Shown here: positions 1-12,510 of the stretch, piece after piece
How positions within the stretch are numbered: position 1 is the first letter of the stretch
Layout: each line of letters opens with the position of its first letter
Source: Tetramitus jugosus
Taxonomy: Eukaryota > Protista > Heterolobosea
Reading direction: 5' to 3'
Assembly (NCBI GenBank): GCA_937625935.1
Contig: OW569391.1
Span: 186,001 to 250,000 of the forward strand
DNA: 64,000 bases
Translations under genes and position numbers: made by a program
Notes under the pieces: model-generated
The model's database searches: none
Told to the model about the DNA's origin: nothing
What the model saw: the letters and a program-made list of their open reading frames with translations, nothing else

Positions 1-1849
1 TGTATAGTGCAATACCTTGTCCCTTAAGGTGATTAGATAGAGTGTTCTCACTGATAATTCCCCCAGATTTTGCGTAAACACCGATACCATTTGTTGAGTT
101 GTTATGAACCCTATTACCTACAATATGAGCAGTGGAGGACACGAGAGAGATGGCATCCTCTGCTTGATGAGAGCCACTATCAACCTCGAATACTTTGCGA
201 TTCCCACATATTTCATTTTTCTTGATAATAGGAGTACCATTTGAGCAATTAGTCATACAAATTCGTCCCTCTACAACACAGTTCTGAATAATAACATCGC
301 AATCTATTATTTCCAAGATGAAGGGATGTTGAAGTTTTGAGATAAAACGAATTCCAGAGAACACGATACCCAATTGAGAGATGACAATTTTGTCGCCACG
401 AACGATCGTTTGATTTTCGACACCACAGAACCGTATATTAGGACGAAGTACATGATAATTGTCACAAATTGGAAAAACACCTTCAGATAAATAGATCGTC
501 ACGCTCTTTGCTTTCACATAATAATTCACAACTTGTAATGCATCTTCCAAGCAATGGAAAGTATTCTCAGCTTTTTCTTTGTACCCTATCATGTCCATCA
601 AGAAAGTTCGCTTCTTCGGAGTCACATACAAGACAACATCATCCGTTGTTTCGTAGATAATAGGAGATGAAGAGTAAGTTGTTCCTCCAGGTGTTGAAGG
701 TTCTCGAGGAGAACTGAGATAATATCCTATCTTTGGAGATGAAGACAGCTTACTCCCCCTTGGTGATGTTACGGAAACTTCCTTACAGGGCTGGATATCT
801 CTCTTTTTCCCTACACTAATTGTCAGTCTCGGCGATCTTACTCGTGCTCCCTCATTCTCGGGTGTTCTGATTTCTTGGGAGTGAATCACTTGGTAGCAAA
901 TCTTTTTGATTTGGTTCGCTGTGGGCCTTCTCTCTGCATGAAGGCTTAGCATCTTCGTTACTACAACAACTAATGTTTGATGATACGATTGTCGAGTGTT
1001 CTGGATCTCCTTAGCGAGTTGATCAAAAGTCCTCTTTTCACCACAACCATTTAACTCCCAAGCTATGTTTCGAGTCATACACAATGTCATCATCATGTAC
1101 GCAATACAGCCTAGAGAGAATATATCAACCTTAAAACCATACTTCTCCCTCATGTACATTTCTGGTGCCATCGTGTTTAAACTACCCACAAAAGAATGTC
1201 TCTTACTAACACTCTCTATTGTCTTGCTCAATCCGAAATCACCAATGACAACTTTAAGAGTCGATTCTGCTGTTGCCACAAAAATATTGGGCGGTTTCAA
1301 ATCTCTATGGGCCATCTTTTGAGAGTGAATGTATGATAGAGCATCACTAATATCGTATAGCACTTGGTATATTTGCTCCTGAGAAAAGAATCTCTTCTGG
1401 AAACGATACTGCGAGATGAGAATTGATAAATCGCCTAAAGTGTAAAGATCCATCGTGAAATAGAGGATATATTCTTCCTTCTCCTCCGAGATGTGCTCAT
1501 AGATATCATGAACTTTAACAACAGAAGGATGATCCAATTTCAAGCAGTTTTCTACCTCTCTTTTCGCTTGTCGCATTTCTTCCATGTCTTGGGCACAGAC
1601 TCGCTTCAATGCAAAATCAGTGTTGGTTTCTTCATGAACCACATGATACACATTGCCCTGAGCTCCATTTCCGAGCTTTCGTTTGACTGCGAATTGCTTG
1701 ACCAGCTCTTCATTTTGATAAACCAAGATTAATGGTCCCTGGAAATGAACGCTAGCCGTATAACTGGCAGGTTCAGGCTGATACTGAGAGGAAGAAACGG
1801 CGACAAGGCCGTTACTAGGTAGATGTAACGTTTTATTGTACATTCGCAT
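1..1849 (-). CDS. Ser/Thr protein kinase fused to a C-terminal right-handed parallel beta-helix (PbH1/CASH-like); runs off the window edge
   Basis: Not in the ORF track; translated by hand from ATG 1849. Kinase motifs LGNGAQGNV, FALK, HRDLKPPN, GDFG, MAPE, DIFSLG are followed by repeats such as IKKNEICGN, IVGNRVHNNSTNGI and ISENTLSNH. No stop before position 1. Confidence 0.88.
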   Translation of the reverse strand, partial: MRMYNKTLHLPSNGLVAVSSSQYQPEPASYTASVHFQGPLILVYQNEELVKQFAVKRKLGNGAQGNVYHVVHEETNTDFALKRVCAQDMEEMRQAKREVENCLKLDHPSVVKVHDIYEHISEEKEEYILYFTMDLYTLGDLSILISQYRFQKRFFSQEQIYQVLYDISDALSYIHSQKMAHRDLKPPNIFVATAESTLKVVIGDFGLSKTIESVSKRHSFVGSLNTMAPEMYMREKYGFKVDIFSLGCIAYMMMTLCMTRNIAWELNGCGEKRTFDQLAKEIQNTRQSYHQTLVVVVTKMLSLHAERRPTANQIKKICYQVIHSQEIRTPENEGARVRSPRLTISVGKKRDIQPCKEVSVTSPRGSKLSSSPKIGYYLSSPREPSTPGGTTYSSSPIIYETTDDVVLYVTPKKRTFLMDMIGYKEKAENTFHCLEDALQVVNYYVKAKSVTIYLSEGVFPICDNYHVLRPNIRFCGVENQTIVRGDKIVISQLGIVFSGIRFISKLQHPFILEIIDCDVIIQNCVVEGRICMTNCSNGTPIIKKNEICGNRKVFEVDSGSHQAEDAISLVSSTAHIVGNRVHNNSTNGIGVYAKSGGIISENTLSNHLKGQGIALY

Positions 1850-1942
1850 TTTTTTGTTGGCAAAGCTTTTGTGTTGTTCACTGACCTTCATGGTGAAGTA
1901 CTACTGGACACTTGACACACCGATCAAAACCAAAAAACAAAA

Positions 1943-3377
1943 TTACTCGTCTTTTGTTTGATCAAGAACATTGGAGGATTCATCCTGTGGCGATCGTTCA
2001 ACTTCAGGCAATTCATCAATATCCAAAGTTTGATTCTTTTCAAACTCTTCTAGATCCTTGGCAATATCAATTTCACTTGTGCTTGCCCGATTCTTTGTCG
2101 TGTCAATTGTAATGGCACTCTCGGCCACAGCAAACGACGCTCTTCGCAATGATTCATTCTCTGCAGAAAAAGTACCATCCGAACTTGCACTTCCATTCTC
2201 CAAACTGCCACCATTTCCGCCATTGTTGTTGCTTGTATTCAGCGGATCATACTTTTCGACAGACACGAGATCAAAGTGCACTTCAACAGAGAAATTGGCG
2301 TCATATTTCTTGTCTTTCGAATCCTTGTGAACACCATCAATCTCAGACTTGTGCAAACTCATAAATGTACTGCCATTCTCCGTCACAAATCTCGGATTGA
2401 CCCAAAAATGCAACAACTCCTCCGTTTTCACCTTACCCTTCTTCATGACAATAATCTTAAAGTCCGTATCCATCACCAGATCCTTTGTGACCGTCATTTC
2501 GACCGATGTATCAGTCACACGATTCGTCGAATTCCTCTTCAACGCATCATCCTTATTGTTATACAACTCTTCTTGCTTATAATCCATAATCATGACAAAG
2601 TACTGAGCAGCCGATGTATAGTTGGCCAATTTGACAGATTTGACCCTCAATTTCTGAATCGGATTCTTCTCCTGCAAATAACGATAAAAATAGAGAACGT
2701 AGCGACGTTGACTAGGTATGGTGACACCTTGATCATCATACGTTCTTCTCTGACCATAAAACTTTAATGATTCAGCCGCAGTGTAGTTGCCCGTGTAGCA
2801 CAAGTAGGAACAAATCATGACACCTGTGCGTCCCTTGCCTGCCTTGCAATGAATCACTGCGACATTGTTCTCATTGGCAGTCAACCATGCGTGAACGTCT
2901 TGACAAAAGGCCATGATCAAATCAAATAGTGGTGCATTGTGATCGTCGAATGGGTATCGACCGACTCTGCCTTCAAACACATCATCGTCATAGTCACGCT
3001 CCGAACACAAGTTGTACACTTTGAAGCATTTGCCGTGTTGAGACTCTAGAAAATCAATGACTTTGCCTCGAGGGTTACGAAAGAGTGACTCTGTTTTGAC
3101 AGAGGGGAATCCCATTGCAATAATTCGATTGTTGATATCTGTGTAGAGTGTGTAGTGTAGTGTGTAGTGTGTAGTTGTAGTTGTATGTGCATTTAAGGAA
3201 AAAAAAAGCGCGCCAAAAAAAAGTGTGAGGATATTTCGAATGTCCTGACATTGAAAAAAAGAAGCAGAAAAAACAATGGAAATGGTGCGAGTACGAACAA
3301 GTCATATCTAAATCATATCCACTAATTTGAATTCTTCGCTTATTCTTGCTGACAATTCTTCTTGCTAATGTTGCCAT
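1943..3377 (-). CDS. PTEN: PTEN-family phosphatase with C2 domain; 2 exons (intron 3139-3298)
   Basis: N-terminus RIVSKNKRR...DLDMT joins YINNRIIAMGFP across a GTTCGT..CAG intron; FDDHNAP, catalytic HCKAGKGRTG and TIPSQRRY motifs. Confidence 0.96.
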
Positions 3378-3903
3378 TCTTGTTGTTTGTTTTTGTTGTT
3401 CGTTAGCTCACGTGGTTTTTTTGTTGTTGTTGTTGGTAAAAATTTTGTAATGTCTGTTTGTTGGCTGGCACACAACTTTGCAAAAACGATGTCTTGTGTG
3501 AGTTGTTTTTGTTGTTGTTTGTGTGGTGGGTGAGGCGAAAGAAGAACACAACGTTTTTTTCTGTTCGAACTGATGTGTGTATCGAAGAGGGTTTGTGGCT
3601 GTGTTTCAGCACTGTCAGTCGGTGTCGGATTTTTATTATCTGACAGGAGAGTCGTTTTAATATTCCGACTTGCCTAGATGGAGATTGGGTATTTGAGAAG
3701 TGAAGACTGTGTGGGCTGTTGTATTTCTGTTGAAGTTCGTTTTCCATTTATTCGTGTTCTCGTGTGCTTGCATAAACTTTGTGATGCCTTTGTCCCGTAA
3801 ACATCCCGCCGCTGAACATCCACTGGCCAATCTACAGTCCCCTTCTTTGTGGCAAAAAAAAAGCTTTTGATGTTTCTCCCGCTCGCATTGAGCTTTTGAA
3901 ACG

Positions 3904-4347
3904 TTAGTTCACTTGTTCTTTCTTCATGTGAAAATGATGATCAGAAATTTGCTTGAGCGCACTTGAAATTTGATCCAACAGCACTTGAGCTTCGTGCGTA
4001 CGACTCACGAGCTCTTCTGTTCCCCTACTGTTCTTCTCGTCCAATTGCTTGAGTTGTTCCGTTTGTTGCTTCGTGTCAACCTGTGGCAACTCGTTCAACA
4101 ATTTTTCAAAAGTGAGACAAGCACTAACAAAATCCTGACCGTATTTTGTCGCCATTTCTTGCGCTTCTTCCATTGATTTGAATGGAGCGTTTTCTTCGAG
4201 GAGAGGCGGTTGAAGGGATGCACTCAACGGTATGTCGTCACGTATTTGCACGGGTGGTGCAATTTGTTGGAGACAACCGACACTGTCGATCATGGTGCTC
4301 ACCATGACTGACAATTGTGTTTGTAGTTGTGTGATCTTGTCTGACAT
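3904..4347 (-). CDS. MED21: Mediator subunit 21
   Basis: MSDKITQLQTQL N-terminus, LLNELP motif and coiled-coil C-terminus; the ORF-track start is extended upstream of the likely ATG. Confidence 0.85.
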   Translation of the reverse strand: MSDKITQLQTQLSVMVSTMIDSVGCLQQIAPPVQIRDDIPLSASLQPPLLEENAPFKSMEEAQEMATKYGQDFVSACLTFEKLLNELPQVDTKQQTEQLKQLDEKNSRGTEELVSRTHEAQVLLDQISSALKQISDHHFHMKKEQVN

Positions 4348-4486
4348 TTTTTTGTTCGAGGAAAAGCATGAAGGAAAAAATGATTTTGGTCTTGTTGGGC
4401 AATTTGTTTTTTGTCCGATGTGAAGTGGATTGTATCTGACAAACAATATGTCTCAAGGAGTTGTTGCTATGCAGTCAGGAAAACTG

Positions 4487-7400
4487 TTATTTATTGTAGC
4501 CAAACTGTGCATCACTATTGTCCGAGGACGCATTCATTGAAGGCAGTGTGGGTGCACTCGTCGTTGTTTGGCTTGGCAAGTGTTCCTGATGTTGTTGGGC
4601 TTGCGGATGAGAGTGTCGATATTGACGAAAGTAAGAACTCATCGTTTGAGGATGTTGACTCATTGAACTATTGTAGGGCGGGGGAGGAGAAACATGACGA
4701 TACGGCGGTATGTCATCCGGTGCCACATAGTGCTGCTGCTGATTGCTCACACCACCGTGGTCAAGTTGCTGACGATGTTGCTGATAAGGGGCAGAGGAAG
4801 GTGATAGTGAAGATAAAGACAACGAGAGTTGTCGGTAGCCAATCGGAGGTGCTGAGTAACTGGGAAGAGAAGCAGAGGGCGCATCCGATGATGGATAGGA
4901 CAGTGCTGAATACGCCGGAGGGTTGAGTGAGGTATTCTCCTCTGTTGGTGGTGGTGGTTGTGGAGGCAGTGACGAATTGACTTCATTGTTGACCGATGGA
5001 GATTTTGGATAATGAACGTGATTGTAAATCATATCGGGTATGTTTGACCCAGATTGATTCAAGTGAGGATCTCTTAACCTGTATGAGGCCTCAAACTCGA
5101 TAAATACTAACAAAGAGATAGAAAGATAGGTTGGTCAGTGCGCTGGTGAAACATGAAGAAAAAAGAATGAAATGTGTAACGAACACATGATCCATCACAA
5201 TCTACATACAATTAAATAATTCGTTGTCCGTTGTTTTTAGCTCATTTCTATACCTTGTATCAGACATGAGACTCATCAAATCCTTGAAATTAAAGTCATG
5301 AATGCTCCTTTTGGTTTTCAAAGCCTGACCTTGTCTAAGAAAATATTTTTGTGCATGGCTCTGCACCTGTTTGGGTGATTTGCCACTAATGAGCTTTGAA
5401 ATATTCTTCCAGTTTCCTCTACCATGCAAATAAACACCAATCAGGAAACGAATGTGCTCCTCTTTGGTCCAACCTCTTCGGAACCGTTGAGTGGAAGAAC
5501 CCCTCTGTATTGCACATTGAAAGCTAGACAGCGGAGATGGGGATCCTGACTCACTGTCATCATCTATCATTGTTACTGTCGTTGTGTTTGTGGCTGCTGT
5601 GGATGTTGTCGTTGACATCATTGGACTGTTACGACTACTATTGTTGCCACTACTTCCATGACTACTACTATTATTGTTGCTCTGATTAGGATTGTTGTTG
5701 TTGTTATTGTTATGATAATTATTACTACTACTATTACTATTGTTAATATTATTGTTGTTGTTATTGCCATGATAATTGCCATGATGCATATTATTCATGC
5801 TATTGTTGTGATAGTTGTGGATGCCATTGTTGTGGTGGATATTGGATGAAGATTGTTGCGTAGTGACCTGTGAGAAAGATGTTACTGGCAACTCCAACGA
5901 CTTTTGCTGCTGCTGTTGTTGGTTGTTGGATGAGTAAACTTGACTGGTACTATTGCTCACTTGTGGAATGAGTGGTGGTTCAGATGACTCAAAATGATGA
6001 CTGGTTGTTCTGGATGGCGATGATCGAGAAAACGATTCATGGCTATTGACCCTAGAGTTCAACGAATGACCATCATGATGATGACTGCTGTAACTACTAC
6101 CACTACTGGTTGGATTGTTGCTATTGTTGTGATCCATCATTGCAAAGGACTTTGAAGAGGGAGTAGTGAGCACTGCTTGTTGCTGCTCTCTGTCCTGTGC
6201 ATATACTTGTGCATCTCTCTGTTGTTGAGACTGATGATGATGCCTATACTGATGAACCACATGATAGTCATATGCAGGACCATGATGACTCATGGGATGC
6301 TGCTGTTGCTGCTGCTGATGGTGATGAGGATGATGCATCACATGTGACCAAGCATTGTGAGGCGGTGTTGAGAGGTGTTGAGAGCTACCGCTACGCACTG
6401 CCGCAGCAATATCATCTTCAACGTATGCTGGTGGAGGAGAGCTGTGCGCCGCCGCCGTTGCTGCCATCATCTCACCTCCACCCACCGTAGTCGTCGAAGA
6501 ACCTCCAAAGTGCCATTGTTGGCTCTGTAAAGTTTGATTCCGCTCCGACGGAGAAAAAGACGGCCGTTTTGCGCGAAAAAAATTATCCTCTTTCCGAATG
6601 GAGTCTGAACGCGGGTATATTGATCCAATTGCGTTAAAGTTGTGACCCCGCTCTTGATTTTCACTTGATTCTCGTTGATGGTGATGATGAATATCTCCCG
6701 ATGCGGTGGAGCTCATGGATGTTGTGACCCCTGAGGAACGACTGTTATTGTGATCATTTTCACGAAATGGAAATGGAGCAAGCGTAGAGCGAGATTGAGG
6801 CTGCTGGAGAGGATGAAACGTATTGTGTTGTTGTTGTTGTTGTTGTTGTTGTAATACAGGCTGAGAGCGATAATTGTGATGATGTTGGTGATGATGATGA
6901 TGACTCATTGCACCTGGCACAGATCGAAACGACTCGTGATGATTTTCCAACAGACGATCTGTTAATGATGACAATGGTGGTAATGAAAAGGGTGATGTTG
7001 ATGTCAATGTCACCACTCGTTCTCCTTGATATTGATTATTGGGTACACTTTGACTGCTACTACTATTGTCATCATTCAATTTTTGTCTCTTGGTTAGATT
7101 ACCACTGTTGTTCATGTTACTATAGGGATGATGATGATGATGAAGAAGAGGATCATTCGTCTGTAGTCGTCGTCCTTCCATCATTCTTGTTCTTGCATGA
7201 TCACTCTCATTCCTACTCCCATCATCATCCGCATCATTCCCGTCGTCGTCATCACCATCATCACCACCATCATCATCGTCGTCATCGTCATCATTATTAC
7301 CAACACCTCCAACAATACTTTCATTGTTGTTATCACAAACATCATGACTCATCATCGTATTAGTTGCTATCGTTGTGGTGGATGATAAGCTCTCACTAAG

Positions 7401-7814
7401 CTTTCTCTTTTGATTGTTATGAGTGTCATGTTGTTGCATAAAATGATATTGTCTATGATCACTAGGATTATCCCTTAATATGAAAGCTTCATGTTGTTGT
7501 TGTTGTTGTTGTTGTTGATATGATGTTGTTGTGGTTGTTGCTGTTGATAAATGATCATTAGGTTGATCGTGATTCGTGCTGTGGTGCTGAAATGGTTGCC
7601 GTCGAGCCTGATTTTCTGCTCGTGTCGCTGTCGTCAATTTTTCATCTTGCACGAATCCACCACCGTTATTGGAAGAAAGTGTAGGGGAATTGGAAATGGT
7701 TGGGGTGGAAGAATGAATGGCGGTGGTCGGTGGAGGTAATGGTTGGGAGGAGGGTAATGGTAACAATTGTGATGGAGATGGATTATTGTTGCTCCTTTCA
7801 TGCAAATTTGTCAT
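4487..7814 (-). CDS. SHAQKYF-class Myb transcription factor with long low-complexity regions; 2 exons (intron 5107-5209)
   Basis: GWTKEEHIRFL...GRGNWKNIS...QVQSHAQKYF; GTATGT donor at 5209 and TAG acceptor at 5107 join ORF 5202-7814 in frame to ORF 4487-5113. Confidence 0.9.
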
Positions 7815-8661
7815 TTTTCATACAGTGCTGTGTCGATCTATCTGGTAGAAAAATTTTTGAGAGAGCAGAAAAAAAAAGAGGGTGTGAACTTCCTTCTTTT
7901 TTTGTTTTGTGTTGAGTTGTGATCACGTCCCGTCAGTAGTTGCTACGTTTTTTTGTTTGTTTTGTGAAATATGGGAGAGCAGAGTGAGGGGAGTTGCTGG
8001 TGACTGTATTGTTGTTGAGTCCGTATTGTGCGTGGTGTTAAGCCTACTGGTAGATGGTGTGGTGGGATACGGGTGTTTGATTTTGTTGTTTTACGAAGTG
8101 ATTTGACAGGACTGTGGGAAGCAAAAAAAGGAATTCAACCCTTGTACGCAGAATGATGGTTTTATTGACGAAAGCCTTCCCCCTAAATTGAACTATCCTA
8201 CCTCGGAAATTTATGCTTTTCAATCTAAACTGAACACTTGGAAGTTTGAGAAATTTTGTACTTTGCGCCTGCAGATCTTTGGTGTTGGTTGGCTAATCTT
8301 ACAACACCAAGCGTCCCCCACGGCTCACATTGCATCAAAAGCACCACATCAATTGAAAATGGGGTAATCAATTTTACCCGCGCTGTGGGAACACAAACTT
8401 CCGCTTGTTCCAAATGTACTATTGCGACTTATTTGGTGTTTGTCCGATCAATCTAAAGAAGGACGTCCGACGCAACCGCTACTGGACAATCTGCTCTTCG
8501 TTGTTTCACAACAGATTCCATGGTCAACTACAATCGGTGGACCAAACAATTCACACAACCAAAGAAAAATATACAACCAAACGTAACTCAAAACACTCAA
8601 AAAAAAAGCTCATAGATCAAGAGCTCTCAACGTTGACGACCATCATTGTTGATTCTATTTA

Positions 8662-9075
8662 TTATTGGTATGGATATGCGTGCTTGTACATTTTTCTCTG
8701 TGCCTTCATACGCTTCTTCATCATCTTTCTAGCTCCCTTACCACCATAGTGAACATGAGGAGCATACATGGGTTGAGCCGTTGGTGGGTAATACACTGGT
8801 GGAGCTACACCCATTGGCACATTGGCATAACCTTGATGATACATGGGTGGTGGCACTCCTACACCATACATGGCTGGTTGTTGTGGAGGATAGACAACTT
8901 GTGGTGGAGGCACACCATAGGCCATTTGTGGTTGTGGAACTACACCATATGGTTGAGGTGGAGGCACACCAACATATTGTTGTGGTGGATATCCTTGTTG
9001 AGGTGGATATCCTTGTTGTGGGGGGTATCCCTGTTGAGGTGGGTATCCTCCAAGTGGTTGTTGATATGGATTCAT
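8662..9075 (-). CDS. Small Pro/Gly/Tyr/Gln-rich protein with GYPPQQ repeats and a basic tail
   Basis: Four GYPPQQ units and a C-terminal KGARKMMKKRMKAQRKMYK; clean start and stop context. Confidence 0.8.
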   Translation of the reverse strand: MNPYQQPLGGYPPQQGYPPQQGYPPQQGYPPQQYVGVPPPQPYGVVPQPQMAYGVPPPQVVYPPQQPAMYGVGVPPPMYHQGYANVPMGVAPPVYYPPTAQPMYAPHVHYGGKGARKMMKKRMKAQRKMYKHAYPYQ

Positions 9076-9887
9076 ATTAATTTATTTATATAGAGAGAAA
9101 GTGGAGTGGGTGTCAAAGCTGTTGTTGTTGATTGGTTTTTTTTCTGGTTGGGGTGAAATTTTTTGAGCTTTTTTTTTATTGGACGAAGGTTGTTCGCCGT
9201 TGGAACTTGAGATCGACGAGTTTTTGATCCAGAAATGACGAATCAAGGAGTAATATCACCGCGGGGAAATCGTCGCTTCCTTTCAGAGTAAATTTAGGCC
9301 GATATCGAAATGAAAATTGTATTAGTTGACCCAAGCCCCAAGGAAGCCATGAGATATCTTTCTGTGGCTAAAATGAGGAATGTCCTGTACATTTCATTGC
9401 TTTGGAAATTATTTCGTGATCATCACTCTTCTCTTTAATTATAGGAAAGCTTGGCTGCAGAGGAGGATAGTGCTTTTCCAATGCAACCTTGAACCATTGC
9501 GACGAGTCTCAGCTACTAGAGCGAAACATCAGTCAGTATGGTTCTGCACTCAACAAATTCAATGTAATAAAACAAAGCTCGTGAGCTTTGCGATAGATAT
9601 TACAACTATCGAGAACAGATACTACACTTGATCCAAGCCAGAGAGGCCGAGGAAGGTGTTTGTTGAAAAGATCCAGAGAAAATATCAACGCCTTATAACG
9701 TTTCTACTGTCATGGTTCTGTTTCACTTTGGTGTGGGTCTGGAGTCATGAACAGAACGGATACACTGAAGTTTGAATCGGTCATCGTTCTGGTTGAAGCA
9801 CCGAAATTTTGTCCAAAAAAGTCACTGTTCCTTCATAATTATGAATTCGAAAACAACAAGAACAAAGCATTGATGCAACGAGACTGT

Positions 9888-12344
9888 TTATATCTGAAGG
9901 GAGTAGAGCTTGCCGTCATCCTCAAGAACCAATTCATTTTCGATAAATTTATCGATGATACCTCGCAGTTGAGTCCGAGAGATTGGCTCGCCTGAACCTT
10001 GCTCTGCAAGTTCATTAACTCGCTTGAGCAAGGTATCAATCTCGACTTCGTTTCCAAGTTTGAAGTCCTGAGCGGCAGTGTCATACACCATGTCGTGTTG
10101 TTGTACAGTGAATGACGATGAGGCTGGTGGTGGCGCAAGGGGTTGGATCGTTATATCTTCATCCACTTGGACATCATCCTGTACGTCATCGTCTAGTTCT
10201 TCAGGAATTGACAATCGACGTTGCTTTGGGACAGGTGATGACGGTGCATCTTCTTCTTCTGTTGGATTGGATTCCTCTTCACGGGTTCTCTTGTTGGTAG
10301 CAGTGGTTGACTCTTGTGGTTGTGGTTTCTTGGCTTTCTTTGTTTTTGGTTCTTCGAGGGTTTGTTTCGATGGGGCAATGTTGCTGATTGCTTCAAGTGC
10401 TTCTTGATTGTCAGTATTATTGACAAAACAAATTGCATATTCCATTAATTTAAAGGCATCTTCTACATCCTGCTTTGTGATACTGTCACGTAGATACAGT
10501 TTCGCCATTGCAGTGGATAAACGAATTATCGTTTCCAGAGTTCTGGCAGTGATTGGAAGAGTCTTTTGGTTGCTGCTCCGTCGAAGGTCACAGTATTTTT
10601 CATGCATCGATTCTCTAGCATCCTCAGTGAATGTTGGTACAATCTTCTTTGCTCTTGCGATATATTTTCTTAATAAATTAATTGGGATACGATGGTCCTT
10701 GCTATCTGTTTCTTTGTTTAAGAACTTCAGGAAGTCTTCTACATCGTTGTCATCTTCTTCCTTTCTTCCACTTTCGAGTGTTGTCACATGATCCAGAGGA
10801 TCTGCTGGAGCATCAAACAGTTTCGTCGAGCGGTATCTATGAATACTGAGAACATGTTCTGCAATGTCCTTGTCTTTTCTGGGATCTCTATCATCGAGCA
10901 GAATAAAGACAAGATCGAAACGAGAGAGCAATGAATCTGGAAGACCAACATTTCTTTGGATGGTCACCTTTCTGTTGTACTGACCGTAGATTGGATTAGC
11001 AGCAGCAATAACAGAGCATCGAGCATTCAGTGTCGTATGAACACCAGCCTTTTGAATTGTCACGGTTTGTTGTTCCATGACCTCATGCATAGCTACTCTA
11101 TCAACATCATTCATTTTATCGAACTCATCCACACAAACAATACCTCTATCGGCCAACACCATCGCACCAGCTTGCAATGATCTATCACCAGTGTCAGGAT
11201 CGGTGACAACAGCAGCAGTCAGACCAACACCTGTGGAGGCTCTTCCAGTTGTTGAGATTGACAATGGAGATATATGCATCATAAATCTGAGAAGCTGGGA
11301 TTTAGCAGTCGATGGATCACCAACCATCAATAAATTAATATCACCTCTAATGTGATGACCAGAGTTTGGATTCACTCGTTCGGAACCGCCAATCAACAAA
11401 AGCAACAAGGACTTTTTGATAAAGCCATGCCCGTAAATAGATGGAGCAATTGATCCAGCAAGAAGGTCAAAGCAATCTGGCCTCTTTGAAATCAATTGAA
11501 TCGTTTTTTCTTCGTTAAATGTCAAAGTGATTCGATCGACAGGATCACCCAGTTGAATGACATTGTTTGCAATTAGAATTGTTTTCATTGTTCCACTAGA
11601 GGATCCAGTTGTTCCCATTCCCGCTAGAGCTCTATACACACCCACTACTCGAATTCGATCACCAGGTTTGACCTTGTCAACCAAGTCATCTTCTATAATG
11701 ACCTCAACAGACCGAGGCAATTGACCTGCGGGTGCCTTTTCTGGCATTTCTTGAATTGCAAACGATTGAGTGTCTCTATACTTGCAATACCCAAACTCAG
11801 TTCTCAACAAGTTACCATTCGGATCCTTGGTTGGATAACTGAAGCCGGTGGGCAGTCCAGTGTACGATGTGGCATCTCTGTAATCTCTCTTTAAAAATTT
11901 GTTTGTGGCAGGACAGTAGTGCACTGTTCGCATCACCTTTGGTAACACGGAGCTACACTTGGTGACAATGCCCTCCACACACACCAAATTACCCAGGAAG
12001 TGAGAGAGCAAATGTCTAGGTGTCACCAAGAAATCACCACCAAAAATTCCATCGATACCAACATGACACTGCCTGCTTGGATCATCCTCAAAGTAGTTAC
12101 GATCTCTGCTCGTAATAAAATCTTCTAATGCAGCTTCAAATGCAGGCAAATACTCAAATGGTTGTCTTTGAAACCTCCAGGCCAAGGAAGGATCAAACTC
12201 TCTCAAATGATTCAGCTTTATGAGAAGTCTGGGAGATGATGTTTCCATCATTTGTTCAACTTGAGAGCTATAGGTACCATGGTTGAATTGTCTGTCAAGA
12301 AATTCACGAAATTGATTCTTGTAGGTACGCACTGTGTCATTCAT
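9888..12344 (-). CDS. MCM3: DNA replication licensing factor MCM3
   Basis: QEMPEKAPAGQLPRS, Walker A GDPSTAKSQLL, VDEFDKM and SLLSRFD; single exon, no intein. Confidence 0.97.
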   Translation of the reverse strand: MNDTVRTYKNQFREFLDRQFNHGTYSSQVEQMMETSSPRLLIKLNHLREFDPSLAWRFQRQPFEYLPAFEAALEDFITSRDRNYFEDDPSRQCHVGIDGIFGGDFLVTPRHLLSHFLGNLVCVEGIVTKCSSVLPKVMRTVHYCPATNKFLKRDYRDATSYTGLPTGFSYPTKDPNGNLLRTEFGYCKYRDTQSFAIQEMPEKAPAGQLPRSVEVIIEDDLVDKVKPGDRIRVVGVYRALAGMGTTGSSSGTMKTILIANNVIQLGDPVDRITLTFNEEKTIQLISKRPDCFDLLAGSIAPSIYGHGFIKKSLLLLLIGGSERVNPNSGHHIRGDINLLMVGDPSTAKSQLLRFMMHISPLSISTTGRASTGVGLTAAVVTDPDTGDRSLQAGAMVLADRGIVCVDEFDKMNDVDRVAMHEVMEQQTVTIQKAGVHTTLNARCSVIAAANPIYGQYNRKVTIQRNVGLPDSLLSRFDLVFILLDDRDPRKDKDIAEHVLSIHRYRSTKLFDAPADPLDHVTTLESGRKEEDDNDVEDFLKFLNKETDSKDHRIPINLLRKYIARAKKIVPTFTEDARESMHEKYCDLRRSSNQKTLPITARTLETIIRLSTAMAKLYLRDSITKQDVEDAFKLMEYAICFVNNTDNQEALEAISNIAPSKQTLEEPKTKKAKKPQPQESTTATNKRTREEESNPTEEEDAPSSPVPKQRRLSIPEELDDDVQDDVQVDEDITIQPLAPPPASSSFTVQQHDMVYDTAAQDFKLGNEVEIDTLLKRVNELAEQGSGEPISRTQLRGIIDKFIENELVLEDDGKLYSLQI

Positions 12345-12450
12345 TTGTCCTCCTTGTTGTGTGTGAATGTGAGTGTTACCGCCTAATTTTCGTTTTCTTT
12401 TCTCAAATTTGTTTTATTTTTTGTTCCAGCAAAAGTGTTAACGCAGATTT

Positions 12451-12462
12451 TTTGGCGCCAAA
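12451..12462. promoter_or_regulatory. Palindromic E2F-type site TTTGGCGCCAAA upstream of MCM3
   Basis: Perfect palindrome matching TTTSSCGC, about 107 nt upstream of the MCM3 ATG. Confidence 0.65.
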
Positions 12463-12510
12463 CTATTTCTCCTCATGGGTTTTTACGACTAGTTCCTTCT
12501 TGGGGAAAGA

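Noticed and set aside
3141-3185. (GTGTA)n repeat in the PTEN intron
   Set aside because: Simple microsatellite; not a CRISPR array and no telomere context.
5600-7560. CAA/CAT/AAT triplet arrays and antisense ORFs
   Set aside because: These are coding homopolymer tracts of the Myb gene; the opposite-strand ORFs are shadows.
8130-8540. Possible ncRNA (9-bp inverted repeat TTGGTGTTG/CAACACCAA near 8280-8310)
   Set aside because: No recognisable snRNA, SRP or RNase P/MRP motifs; short inverted repeats are expected in TTG/CAA-rich DNA.
9300-9720. Protein-like broken frames on the plus strand
   Set aside because: Possibly an old pseudogene, but no family could be recognised.
9888-12344. Intein in MCM3
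   Set aside because: Normal length and continuous AAA+ motifs.
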